Shown piece after piece: positions 9,870-19,172 of a DNA stretch of 54,758 nucleotides. The notes under the pieces were generated by a model. The model saw only the letters and a list, made by a program, of their open reading frames with translations. It ran no database searches and was not told the origin of the DNA. The stretch is taken from the IMG/VR virus record IMGVR_UViG_3300005534_000017, positions 1-54,758 of that record; one strand, 5' to 3'. Numbering within the stretch: position 1 is the stretch's first letter; every line of letters begins with the position of its first letter. Both the position numbers and the translations under genes were made by a program. Origin of the DNA: a virus. Lineage: Duplodnaviria; Caudoviricetes.

Positions 9870-12254
9870 TTAAGCTGGGGCTAGAATAGTTGTTGTTCCA
9901 TTGCTTCCTATATAAAAAAGAGCACCACCTGATACAAATAAAAATCCACCACCCGATGCACCGCCAGATGGAGGCGAATTTGTAGTATTAGAAATAAATA
10001 TATTGGCATTTGCAGATGTTCCAACATTTGCAATTTGTAGAGCATTACTAGGAGCCGATACACCGATACCAACATTTGCTCCACTTCCTAAAACTAAACA
10101 ATTGCTGGAAGTAACGCTTGCGTTATAACCTATTGCGGTAGCATTCGTTATACCGTTTGAAATTGTTGTTGCATTACCTAATAATACTGAATTTGATACA
10201 CCTGTTGTGGCAGCTGTACCCGCTGCATAACCGACCCAAGTATTATTAGATGATGTATCTGTTAATGAGTTACCAACAACAGAACCTATAAATGTATTTG
10301 CGCTGCCTAGCGAACTAATCGCACAATTATTACCGATTAAGACATTGTTACTTTGGGTATTTAGTAAGGCCCCGGCTTGATATCCAAATAGGCAATTATC
10401 TGAGCCACTGGTAAGAGCGGCGCCAGCAACTACACCTACAATTGTATTGCTATTTCCTGTTGCTGATGTATTATAAGCACCAAATCCGATTGCAAAATTT
10501 CCCGTACCATTGTGACCATCTAAGATTCTTGTTGGTGAATTGAGTGAATAGTAATCAGTTCCTGCAACAGCAATTGATAAAACACCAGTGCCAGTAGTAT
10601 TTTTAACTAAACCAGTCGCTAAGCTTTGAAGTGCTTGAGCATTCGGTAATCCAACATTTGTTTGCTGAACAATATATGTAGCGTTACTTGGAGCTCCACC
10701 AGCTGATGTCCAGCTCATCACACCAGCAGTGGTTGAGGCTAAAACTTGACCATTAGATGATGGATAGGTTTGTGGCAATGTATAGGTAAAATTACCGGCT
10801 AATGAGGCACCCGGAATTATTGTGATAGAATTAGTATTACCAGAATTATAAAGTGATAATCCTAAATTCGATAATACACTTAAGTTATTCGACGATATAA
10901 CGCCACTTCCACCGCCGCCCGTTAACGTGATTGAACCCGCTGTAGTAATGCTTAAAGCACCTGCGCTTTCCGCAATCGATCCGTTGGTAATGGTCATATT
11001 ACCAATCGCAACACTGGTTAATCCGGTTAATGTTGTATTGAGCGCCACCGTTCCTGTATTAACAATAGGATTTGGGGTACAGGTAATATTTGCACCTTGC
11101 GAAATGCTTGTGACACTGCCTGTTCCAACGGATGCCCAAGACATATTTCCCGATCCGTCCGATGACAATACTTGGCCATTTGTTGGGGCTGTTAAAGGCC
11201 ACAAATAACTTAAATTGACTCCTTGAGTACCGGCAGCAAAGGTAGATGAAAAAGTATTCGCAGGATTAAAGAACTGTATTGGACTTCCGGATTTTAGCTG
11301 AACAGCGGTTGATGTTGATGTTCCTATTTGTATTTGTGTTGGGTTTAACGTTAACGCAGCAAGCGCAGTCACAGTTATACCGCTTGTGCTTGCGATTGTA
11401 CTTCCCGAAATTGTAAAATTACCAACAGATAATGACGTTAAGCCTGAAACGGATGCGCTTAAACCAATGGTGCCACTTGTGGTTATAGTTCCACCGGTTA
11501 AATTTGAGCCTGCGGTAATAGAAGTTACTGTTCCGCCCGTAGCAGAAGACCAGGACATATTACCCGATGTATCGCTTGATAAAACTTGTCCATTCGTTCC
11601 TGGATAGGCTGCTGGAAATACATAACTTGTACTACTGCCCGCAGAGTTATTGGCTCTAAACGAAATCGTAGCTACGCCCGCATTAGTTAATGTTAATGCG
11701 TTAGTAGAGCCTAAAACTAAATTGCCAGAAATATTAATATTTCCACCACCACCATTGGCAGTTAAATTAACATTAGATGATGTGCTAACGACGTTTAAAG
11801 CGGCTGAACCTGAAATCGTATTGGCGGTTGTGCTTATCGATATATTACCAATAACAGCGCTTGTTAAACCGGTTAAAACTGGATTTAGAGAAACAGAACC
11901 GGTCGTGACTATTGGATTTGGAGATAAAACAATATTACTACCTTGACTAATACTGCTTACGCCGCCACCGCCGCCTGAACCAATCGGAACCCAAGCGCCC
12001 CCTTGCCTAGAATAAGGAGAAGTATTCGTTATATTATATAAAACCATACCATCGACAACAGGAGAAAGCGCATTCATTTGCGTATTTGTCATTCTGGGCA
12101 GCAACAGTGCACCTAAAGTCGATTGAATTTCCAAAGCTGTTGCAACAGGAACTCCACCAGATAAGGTAATCGTAGGAGGCGTACCACCAGGTCCTGTGTC
12201 CCCAACAAGCATAGCGGTACTAAATGTAACTGGGTCTTGTAAATTTATTCCCAT
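9870..12254 (-). CDS. Long tail fibre/adhesin (794 aa)
   Basis: Same N-terminal domain as 7266..9839, three P..NGQVL.S...G.MSW repeats, beta-solenoid repeats. Confidence 0.8.
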   Translation of the reverse strand: MGINLQDPVTFSTAMLVGDTGPGGTPPTITLSGGVPVATALEIQSTLGALLLPRMTNTQMNALSPVVDGMVLYNITNTSPYSRQGGAWVPIGSGGGGGVSSISQGSNIVLSPNPIVTTGSVSLNPVLTGLTSAVIGNISISTTANTISGSAALNVVSTSSNVNLTANGGGGNINISGNLVLGSTNALTLTNAGVATISFRANNSAGSSTSYVFPAAYPGTNGQVLSSDTSGNMSWSSATGGTVTSITAGSNLTGGTITTSGTIGLSASVSGLTSLSVGNFTISGSTIASTSGITVTALAALTLNPTQIQIGTSTSTAVQLKSGSPIQFFNPANTFSSTFAAGTQGVNLSYLWPLTAPTNGQVLSSDGSGNMSWASVGTGSVTSISQGANITCTPNPIVNTGTVALNTTLTGLTSVAIGNMTITNGSIAESAGALSITTAGSITLTGGGGSGVISSNNLSVLSNLGLSLYNSGNTNSITIIPGASLAGNFTYTLPQTYPSSNGQVLASTTAGVMSWTSAGGAPSNATYIVQQTNVGLPNAQALQSLATGLVKNTTGTGVLSIAVAGTDYYSLNSPTRILDGHNGTGNFAIGFGAYNTSATGNSNTIVGVVAGAALTSGSDNCLFGYQAGALLNTQSNNVLIGNNCAISSLGSANTFIGSVVGNSLTDTSSNNTWVGYAAGTAATTGVSNSVLLGNATTISNGITNATAIGYNASVTSSNCLVLGSGANVGIGVSAPSNALQIANVGTSANANIFISNTTNSPPSGGASGGGFLFVSGGALFYIGSNGTTTILAPA

Positions 12255-12259
12255 TTTTT

Positions 12260-12273
12260 ATTCATCCTTGAAT
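12260..12273 (-). promoter_or_regulatory. CsrA-type site AUUC-AAGGAU-GAAU at a fibre-gene SD
   Basis: UCAAGGAUGA; a second CAGGAUG lies about 20 nt upstream. Confidence 0.65.
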
Positions 12274-12282
12274 TAATAAGCC

Positions 12283-12627
12283 TCATCCTGGGCTTTGAAA
12301 ATACACGTTCTCCAACTGTAAAATTCTTTGATTTAGCGGCAATACAGGAGGACCATTAACACCTTCACTCGATTGTTGAGGCGGCCTCGTGTTATAGAGA
12401 GGCAGTGGGTCCGGTGGCAATGTCAAAGGAATTAATTGAGGATTTGGTTTATCGGCAAATTCCTTATTAACCATATAACCTGTCCAAATTAATCGATTAC
12501 CTCTCCATTCCATTTGCTTAACTAAATCACAATAATTACAAACTAAACCAGAATAGTCACAAATTGCGACTGAATCTGGATGTTCCCAATCCAGATGGGT
12601 ATATTTACCAAGTGGATTAGCATTCAT
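12283..12627 (-). CDS. Small conserved virion morphogenesis protein (AICD.SG motif)
   Basis: ATGA coupling at 12624-12627; AICDYSG..DLVKQMEW.G and DKPNPQL motifs. Confidence 0.6.
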   Translation of the reverse strand: MNANPLGKYTHLDWEHPDSVAICDYSGLVCNYCDLVKQMEWRGNRLIWTGYMVNKEFADKPNPQLIPLTLPPDPLPLYNTRPPQQSSEGVNGPPVLPLNQRILQLENVYFQSPG

Positions 12628-13694
12628 GAAACATAACTCCATCCTGTTAAGTAACTCGGAATTAATCTTAAGGGTACTTTTTCAGTATCTTCAGTAGCCG
12701 CATAAGAATAAGCTTCTCTTTCTTGTTTATCTAAAAGCGCAATTCGCTCATAATCTAGTGGGCCATCTTTTTTCATAGCCAAGCGTTTTGCCATGGCTGA
12801 ACAAAAGGCATCATAAAAACGTGCGGGAATATTAACGGAATTGGTCATCGCACCCACATCTTGAAGCATGGTAATATATCGAACCTGTAAAACTTGATAT
12901 TGCGGCAATGGAACCGGCCAGATAACCAGTTCAACTTGAGGGGTTTGTCTATCTAGCCACCATACACTTGGCTTAGAGGCTAAAAATTTATTAGGATAAG
13001 TCATCCATTCTTGACCTGAAATTCTAGCCATTACGGTATCAGTAGTATTAGTTACAAAATATATTTGTGTAATATTTAATGTTGCACCACCCGTTTCCCT
13101 TATTCTAAAAAATTCTGCATTCTGAGGAACAAGCATATCCAACCAAATAGTATCTACGTTGTTATAAGCTGTAGGCTGACTAAATAATGAGGAAAACCAA
13201 TTTACATTATCAGAAGACCATTCATAAGATAATGTATACGTCAAATTAGCAGCTGAAAGAACTCCAACAGAGGTAATTTCGTATTGTACACCCGCACCAT
13301 AATCATAACTAATATAACCATTAGGTGCTGCTTGAGTACACGGGCCTGCTCCACCAAATACACTTGCAGCATTTCCTCCCGCGCTTGAAAAAGCCGTTCC
13401 TCCCAATGGTCTTTGAAAAGTTCTTGCATTAACATCAATGACATCACTTACATTTTTTGGTAAAAAATAACGACCTTGGTCTGTAAATAGACCAATAAGC
13501 GAAATCGTAGAGGTCCAAAGATTATAACCTTTGTTTATCCATTCAGTTAATATAAGATTGGCGGAACGTTGGGCGGTGATTATTTTTTGATGGGTAATAA
13601 CGTCAGGTAAAAGGCCGGCTCTCTCCCATGCCTCATCGATCATTTGTTGACTGGTTGTCGACAAAAAATTGTAAGTCCCCGATGTTACTGCCAC
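12624..13694 (-). CDS. Tail/head-completion protein with an inserted carbohydrate-binding-like domain
   Basis: TSGTYNF, EAWERAG, RSANLIL.EW.N.G.NLWT and IWPVP motifs; the internal EWSSDNVNW..AEFFRIRET segment is discoidin-like. Confidence 0.65.
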   Translation of the reverse strand: MAVTSGTYNFLSTTSQQMIDEAWERAGLLPDVITHQKIITAQRSANLILTEWINKGYNLWTSTISLIGLFTDQGRYFLPKNVSDVIDVNARTFQRPLGGTAFSSAGGNAASVFGGAGPCTQAAPNGYISYDYGAGVQYEITSVGVLSAANLTYTLSYEWSSDNVNWFSSLFSQPTAYNNVDTIWLDMLVPQNAEFFRIRETGGATLNITQIYFVTNTTDTVMARISGQEWMTYPNKFLASKPSVWWLDRQTPQVELVIWPVPLPQYQVLQVRYITMLQDVGAMTNSVNIPARFYDAFCSAMAKRLAMKKDGPLDYERIALLDKQEREAYSYAATEDTEKVPLRLIPSYLTGWSYVS

Positions 13695-13711
13695 TTGATA
13701 CTACCATCCTT

Positions 13712-13960
13712 TCATTTTCCGTGATGCATTTTCTTCAAAGTTTTTGCTAAATTAGCTCTCTTTCTAAGTAACGGATTTTTAGAATGAATCGCTTTCTCCA
13801 ATTTACTTTCAGGAATTTTTTTACCCTTTGGTAAATGCAAAGATTTATGCAAAGCACCAGGATGCTTAATTGCTCCCTGAATCCATTTATCAGGGTGGCC
13901 GCCTTTTGAATAACCGCCCATAGCCATTTTGCGCATTTCATGTTTTCTTTGGATTCCCAT
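13712..13960 (-). CDS. Small basic virion protein
   Basis: KWIQGAIKHPGALH..L..PKGKKIP motif; Lys-rich. Confidence 0.65.
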   Translation of the reverse strand: MGIQRKHEMRKMAMGGYSKGGHPDKWIQGAIKHPGALHKSLHLPKGKKIPESKLEKAIHSKNPLLRKRANLAKTLKKMHHGK

Positions 13961-13961
13961 G

Positions 13962-14639
13962 TTAACTCCTGATTCCTTGTTGCAATATATTTTCAGCCAA
14001 CACTGCTGTACCGGAACTTGCTGTTACATTAATAAATGAATATTTAATAGGTGTCGTATAATTCGCTATTTGACTCGTAGTCGCCCCAGTCATTCCAGCA
14101 ATTGGAGAAAAGGAAACCGCCGTCCAAAGATTAGCTGCAAGTCCATCTAATGGAGAATGAGAAACATATAGGGTATAAGTAAGTGCTCCAGTACCATTAA
14201 TGACTTGTGTAGAAAATCCAACATTAAAGACAGATGCATCATAGTTATGTAAAAATAAATTCGTAAATCCAGTAGCACCAATACCAGCCGATACCGCAGC
14301 CGCAGCACCACTGGTCGTAATAGAATTAATACGGCTATAGAAATTAGCAGTTGTTACGGTATTATTATTGGGTCCCGCAATGGTTTCAGAAACAGCTACC
14401 CCACCCGACATACCTGAAATGGTAAAATTGACAGCCGATAAATTATTGGCAGATGTTAAAGTAACTATCCTAGTATTTTCTGGAATTATTAAAGACACAT
14501 TATTGACAAATAAACCAATATTTGCATTAGGTACAGATAGAGTACCATTTAATTGTAAAGTACCAGCCGCGGCTAATGTTTGTACCGCGGCAATTGCCGC
14601 GGTATCTATTGCTGGCCATATAAGAGTAGTTACCCGCAT
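13962..14639 (-). CDS. Virion structural protein
   Basis: Ala/Thr-rich; RIVTLTS..NLSAVNFTISG..ETIAGPN motif; lies in the head-tail block. Confidence 0.65.
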   Translation of the reverse strand: MRVTTLIWPAIDTAAIAAVQTLAAAGTLQLNGTLSVPNANIGLFVNNVSLIIPENTRIVTLTSANNLSAVNFTISGMSGGVAVSETIAGPNNNTVTTANFYSRINSITTSGAAAAVSAGIGATGFTNLFLHNYDASVFNVGFSTQVINGTGALTYTLYVSHSPLDGLAANLWTAVSFSPIAGMTGATTSQIANYTTPIKYSFINVTASSGTAVLAENILQQGIRS

Positions 14640-14878
14640 TATGCCCCCACCGAAACTTGGGCATCATTTGCAGGTGTCACTATCTTCTGAGACACTTGAT
14701 AAGCTTGAATTGCACCGGTCATAATTGCTATATCATTTAAAATCAACTTCTTTTCATTTCGAAGCCTTTTAATGACGGCAATAATGTTGGTATTTAAGTG
14801 GTCTTGATATTTAGTTAACTTTTCAGTTAATTCCTTAATATTAGACTCAATTTCACCCGTTACTTTTTGAGTTTCCAT
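14639..14878 (-). CDS. Small coiled-coil protein (possible fibre chaperone)
   Basis: Heptad pattern; follows a fibre-like gene. Confidence 0.5.
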   Translation of the reverse strand: METQKVTGEIESNIKELTEKLTKYQDHLNTNIIAVIKRLRNEKKLILNDIAIMTGAIQAYQVSQKIVTPANDAQVSVGA

Positions 14879-14918
14879 TTTACATTCCCTCCATGTTTAA
14901 TTGAAAAATCAATAAATA

Positions 14919-15773
14919 TTAAGCTGGGCTTGTGCTAGCCAATAAATAATATGTTGTTCCATTGACAACCACTTCAACCTTTGTATTCACGGTATTATTG
15001 GTAGCGGTTGTAACTAAACCACCGGCATTAATTCTAAAACCGGGTATTCCAAGATGAGCAGTCGCAGGAGATGTCGCACCATATATCATCAAGACATTAT
15101 TTATACCCGTTGGTGTCGCACCGGATGTTGACATTTGTATGCCATTAACCATGGTTGCATCAAATACATTAGTTCCTATTGATAATGTATTATTAACATT
15201 GAGCCCCATACCAAATGTACCATTGGTAGCAAAACTCAATGCATTATTAACACCACCACCGGCCGTATAAAACATTCCATAATTGGTAGCCCCGCTAAAT
15301 GAATAAGTGGGGCTAGCCGAAGCACCACTACTACTTAATACACTTGCAAGTCCAGATATAATGCTGGATACAGGATTTAATAATACAGAGGTGGCCGCTA
15401 AAAGCGTTCCCGTAATACCATTAAATACGCTTAAAGCATTATTTGTAGAAGCGTTAGGGCCTGTAACATTGCCTGAACCGGATAATGACCATGCGCCTCC
15501 GGTATAAGTATGAACGCCGCTTGGTGCATCCGTTGTAAAAACTTGCATGCCATTAACAGGCGCTACGATCGCATTCATTTGTGCATTCGTCATTCTGGGC
15601 TGCAAAAAACCGCGTGTGGTTGATTGACATTCAATGACAGATGAACAATTGACGCTAACCCCGCCAACAACCACTTGGGTCGGTGTGGCGGGATAGCCTG
15701 GAAGTCCGTTTATTGAGACTGGGTCTGCAACTAAAACAGACGATAGATCACTTGGATTGATATTAGCTGACAT
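14919..15773 (-). CDS. Head fibre/minor structural protein, paralogous N-terminus to the long fibres
   Basis: ECQSTTRGFLQPRMTNAQMNAI..P.NGM matches the N-termini of 7266..9839 and 9870..12254. Confidence 0.65.
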   Translation of the reverse strand: MSANINPSDLSSVLVADPVSINGLPGYPATPTQVVVGGVSVNCSSVIECQSTTRGFLQPRMTNAQMNAIVAPVNGMQVFTTDAPSGVHTYTGGAWSLSGSGNVTGPNASTNNALSVFNGITGTLLAATSVLLNPVSSIISGLASVLSSSGASASPTYSFSGATNYGMFYTAGGGVNNALSFATNGTFGMGLNVNNTLSIGTNVFDATMVNGIQMSTSGATPTGINNVLMIYGATSPATAHLGIPGFRINAGGLVTTATNNTVNTKVEVVVNGTTYYLLASTSPA

Positions 15774-15800
15774 ATCGATTCCTTTTTGACAATGTCAAAC

Positions 15801-16718
15801 TTATTGTGTACCATAGCTTCCATATACTGTTCTGAAGTTATCGCAGCCGAACGAATATCGTTCGAAAGCGCTAACTTGTATATTTTTTGTGAAGAAGTCA
15901 GTATATTGATCTATTTCCATCGGTGTTCTTACAAAGTGTCTTAAACCTTGTGTATCGGTTTGGATCCACCATGGATTACCACCGGCATATTGATTCAAAT
16001 ACTGATTAATCTTGTAACCTAATGGAATTGCTGATACCGAATAAATCGCTGAGATATCGTTATTAGCTGTACCAGTTCTAAAGCTAGAACCTAACAATCT
16101 TTCAGCTTGCCATTGATAATTACGATGAACTATCAATTTAGTAGGCTTGGTATGGATTAAAATACCGGCAGCATCTCTAAATTGTTGTATACCAATAATG
16201 CAAGATTCAAGAGCAGCTTCATTAAATGTGGAAGGATTTGCCAATGTATTTGAAATAGTACCACCATCATAAGGATGCGCTGTTGAGAATAAAGGTTGAC
16301 CATCACCCAGAGGGAAAGCAGCATTGAAACCATTATTAAAGAGAGCAGCACCAATGGTTTCTTTTGCAGCATCCATTGAATTCTTCAATGAACGATTAGC
16401 CATTGGGAAGTAGGTCTTATATAAGTTATCTTCTAGACATTCTCTTGTCATTACATAACCGATTCCAATGGAACGGTTGTAATAAGTTGTTAATGCTCTG
16501 TCACCCAAATCATTATCGACAGCTAGGGCCGTACCTTCCGCTTTAATCTGAGCGATAGATAAGAGCCGAATTTCCTGTACGATTTCTTGTGCCTTATCGG
16601 ATTGGAAAACATCATAACTTTCTGACCATTGAGCAGGATATTCGTTATAATCTGCACCTTGGATTGCAGCCAAACCTGGCTTCAATAGTTGTGGAATACT
16701 GGCTAATTGAACTGGCAT
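15801..16718 (-). CDS. Major capsid protein (Mu gpT/HTVC010P-like)
   Basis: LLKPGL.AI.G, K.EG, E.LEDNLY, GDGQPLFSTAHP, A.ND and ERYSFG..N.R..YGS motifs; 305 aa. Confidence 0.9.
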   Translation of the reverse strand: MPVQLASIPQLLKPGLAAIQGADYNEYPAQWSESYDVFQSDKAQEIVQEIRLLSIAQIKAEGTALAVDNDLGDRALTTYYNRSIGIGYVMTRECLEDNLYKTYFPMANRSLKNSMDAAKETIGAALFNNGFNAAFPLGDGQPLFSTAHPYDGGTISNTLANPSTFNEAALESCIIGIQQFRDAAGILIHTKPTKLIVHRNYQWQAERLLGSSFRTGTANNDISAIYSVSAIPLGYKINQYLNQYAGGNPWWIQTDTQGLRHFVRTPMEIDQYTDFFTKNIQVSAFERYSFGCDNFRTVYGSYGTQ

Positions 16719-16721
16719 TGT

Positions 16722-16735
16722 GAATCTCCCTATTC
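16722..16735 (-). promoter_or_regulatory. GAAU-AGGGAG-AUUC hairpin at the major capsid SD
   Basis: ANGGAN hexaloop on a 4-bp stem. Confidence 0.55.
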
Positions 16736-16748
16736 TTTATCAATTCCC

Positions 16749-17375
16749 TTAAACGGATGCAACACCCGCTTTGTAATAGTGATTGTTAATCAAGCATTCA
16801 ACGTTATTGAATACAAGGCCGGAAACGTTAGTACCATCAGCAGTTGGAACAAAACGAATTATTTTCATTTGTTTATTTGCAGCTGTACCGACCGTTGTTT
16901 GGTCTAAAGCCCATCCTGATAAGTCGTCATATGCACTACCATTAGCAGCCACAAGGTCAATATTTCTTAATAAATTAGCTGTGACAATAGTTGTAGTACC
17001 GGTGTTGCCAGCCTGCATATTGAAAACAATCATTGGGTCATCTGCTACGAATACCGTTGCAGGAGTAGCATTAAATGTAGTTTGTCCATTTGGCCAGAAG
17101 TCTGAGAATACTTGTTGTCCTGTAACAGGATCTAACCATTGAAAAGCAGTAGCAGAGCCAATGATGACATTGCCTGCGCCAGCGGCTGCAATTGTTAAAA
17201 GACCTGTACCAGGGTTGGCAGGTGTTAAGGGATCATATCGGTATAAACCTAATTGACCGCCCCCTGCTGTATAGCCGGAAGGTATTTGATAAGGAGTTAC
17301 TTGGTCATTCCAAGCTGCGCCATTCATATAGCGCACGGGTTTTAAACCCCAAGGTAAATTCGTGCCGTAGCTCAT
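16749..17375 (-). CDS. Capsid decoration/cement protein
   Basis: N.PWGLKPVR, V.DDP..VF..Q and V.CLINNH motifs; immediately upstream of the major capsid gene. Confidence 0.7.
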   Translation of the reverse strand: MSYGTNLPWGLKPVRYMNGAAWNDQVTPYQIPSGYTAGGGQLGLYRYDPLTPANPGTGLLTIAAAGAGNVIIGSATAFQWLDPVTGQQVFSDFWPNGQTTFNATPATVFVADDPMIVFNMQAGNTGTTTIVTANLLRNIDLVAANGSAYDDLSGWALDQTTVGTAANKQMKIIRFVPTADGTNVSGLVFNNVECLINNHYYKAGVASV

Positions 17376-17378
17376 GTC

Positions 17379-17390
17379 GTCCTCCGTGAC
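17379..17390 (-). promoter_or_regulatory. CsrA-type site GUC-ACGGAG-GAC at the decoration-gene SD
   Basis: Exact UCANGGANGA match in a hairpin. Confidence 0.6.
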
Positions 17391-17427
17391 AATAATTCAC
17401 ATTATTCTCTATCTTCTGCGCGAATTG

Positions 17428-17527
17428 CGGGGGACATGCCCGATACCGAATTTTAAGAATGGTACGGTTCACCATTTTTTGAGCTTGCGCTCATACCGAA
17501 TTGAAGAGTACGGTTCCCTCTACTCTT
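17428..17527 (-). ncRNA. Tandem structured cis-RNA motif (two pseudoknot-plus-hairpin units) in the leader of the capsid genes
   Basis: Two units with conserved GAACCGUAC and AAUUCGGUAU segments, different stem sequences and the same pairing pattern. Confidence 0.6.
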
Positions 17528-17562
17528 AGGTATAGTTGAACATTTAACAAATGCAAATCAAA

Positions 17563-18120
17563 TCAATTAAAAGATTTTTCTCTTGACATCGAAATCTTAT
17601 TCGATTTGATATGCGTACTACCCATTCCAATAGGAATTAATCCATTACTCTTTTCAAGATGTCTAACTAAGTCCAATGCTCTTAAATTTTCTTCCTCAGA
17701 AATTTTTACGGCTATATCATGGAGATGTTTAGAGCGTTCAAATAATATGGCCCCCTTACGCCGTATAATGCCCGCCTTGCGACTTTCTCCACCATCGATT
17801 CTAGGATCAACCATACATTCAGGATGGCGAGAAATAGGAACAGGCGTCCAACCCGTTCGTGCTCTGTCGACAAGTCCTGAATGGTCTGACATACCTAGGA
17901 TTGTTTCAGTTCCCCATTCGTAAACTTTATCGGCAGGCCTGTGGCGGTTATCAATCCAAAGTGGATCCCGACATCCCATTTGTAAGTTCTTGCGAATTTC
18001 TTCTTCAGAAAATCCGGGGCCTTCAAATCTTTCATCTGCATGTTCCAGAGTGTCATATTCTCTTCCTATTTCGAATCTATCCGTGTTTTCAACTGTCTTT
18101 TTTGGTCTTCCGCGTGCCAT
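17563..18120 (-). CDS. Conserved head-module protein
   Basis: YEW...T.LG..D and R.GW.PVP...HPE motifs; lies between scaffold and decoration genes. Confidence 0.65.
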   Translation of the reverse strand: MARGRPKKTVENTDRFEIGREYDTLEHADERFEGPGFSEEEIRKNLQMGCRDPLWIDNRHRPADKVYEWGTETILGMSDHSGLVDRARTGWTPVPISRHPECMVDPRIDGGESRKAGIIRRKGAILFERSKHLHDIAVKISEEENLRALDLVRHLEKSNGLIPIGMGSTHIKSNKISMSREKSFN

Positions 18121-18131
18121 GACTTATCTCC

Positions 18132-19151
18132 TTATCGTGAATTACCCATTGCAGATTTCAAAATCCCTTTAGCTTCATTAATTTCAGCTTGTTTCTTGTA
18201 CTTGTACCATTGCTGATCAGTCCAACCCATGGCGCGAGCCATTTCCTGCTCATCCTTACTCATACGAAAGGTTTCCCTTTGGCCTGGAACATGAGCGCGA
18301 TTTACGCCTGATACTGAACCTCGTGGCCTATTCATACTTAATTCTCCTCGTCCTTGATTAGAATTCTGATTTAATGTATTTTTCGTCATATGTTTTTGCA
18401 TATAACGGTCAATTTCATCAAAATATTCCTGTGATAAAACTTTATTTGACATGCCACTTCGGTTATACCGAGTATCTAAACTCTGAGCATAACGCAATGC
18501 CTTCTCATGCAAATCTGGGTCAAAATCATCTGAATTTTCATCAAACCAAGAATTTTCTTGAAGCCATTCTTCCGTTTCAGGAGTAGCATAGGCTTCTGGT
18601 TCTTGAGCCATAGGCTGCCGTTGAACATTCTGTTGAGCTGGCATCCTAGCTCTTTCTTCTTCATATATTTTTTGTGACACTTTAACCGAATCGAGCGCTC
18701 TTTTATCTGAAACCGCTTCAGCTAGCGAAACATCTGCATCAATCTGAGCCTGAACATCTCCATCTTCAATGGCTTTTTGTTTTAATTGCTTGGCTTTTTG
18801 AATGAGCGCATCGAGCATACCTTCTTGGCTATTCATGACAGCCTTATTAGAAGTCTCAAAAGACCTTTTAAGTCTTTCATGTTCCTCTTGCATTAAGGCT
18901 AAATCCCGCTCCGCCTTTTCTGCGCGCCTTAATTCTTCATGATATTTACGGGTATATTGATTAATTCTCGTTTTAACGGATATTTTCTTTTTAACTTTGT
19001 CCGACTTTTCTTCAACTTCTTCAATATCGTCTGAAGCTTCTGGCTCCAAACTTTTAGAAAAACTCTCTTCTCCCTCATGTATAATTAGAGGTTCATCTTC
19101 TTTCACTTCTTCTATTGGTACTTCAATTTCATCCATTAATTGCTCATCCAT
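18132..19151 (-). CDS. Scaffolding protein
   Basis: Acidic N-terminus, coiled coil, W...N.WF and EYF.EID motifs, QEMARAMG.T..Q near the C-terminus; upstream of the capsid genes. Confidence 0.75.
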   Translation of the reverse strand: MDEQLMDEIEVPIEEVKEDEPLIIHEGEESFSKSLEPEASDDIEEVEEKSDKVKKKISVKTRINQYTRKYHEELRRAEKAERDLALMQEEHERLKRSFETSNKAVMNSQEGMLDALIQKAKQLKQKAIEDGDVQAQIDADVSLAEAVSDKRALDSVKVSQKIYEEERARMPAQQNVQRQPMAQEPEAYATPETEEWLQENSWFDENSDDFDPDLHEKALRYAQSLDTRYNRSGMSNKVLSQEYFDEIDRYMQKHMTKNTLNQNSNQGRGELSMNRPRGSVSGVNRAHVPGQRETFRMSKDEQEMARAMGWTDQQWYKYKKQAEINEAKGILKSAMGNSR

Positions 19152-19154
19152 GAG
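19143..19154 (-). promoter_or_regulatory. CsrA-type site CUC-AUGGAU-GAG with the scaffold AUG in the loop
   Basis: Exact UCANGGANGA match. Confidence 0.55.
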
Positions 19155-19172
19155 ACAATCTCCTATATTGGT

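Noticed and set aside
4009-12254. Diversity-generating retroelement or invertase shufflon acting on the fibres
   Set aside because: I saw no reverse transcriptase or invertase. The shared modules differ at synonymous positions generally, not only at adenines.
6455-17389. Many plus-strand ORFs of 60-120 aa opposite structural genes (also 64..252 and 51160..54421)
   Set aside because: They are antisense shadows of Gly/Ala/Thr-rich genes, with no RBS or recognisable motifs.
17428-17527. Known riboswitch (preQ1, SAM-II, guanidine-II/III) or tRNA
   Set aside because: The diagnostic conserved nucleotides as I recall them are absent and there is no cloverleaf. Kept as an unknown motif pending an Rfam search.
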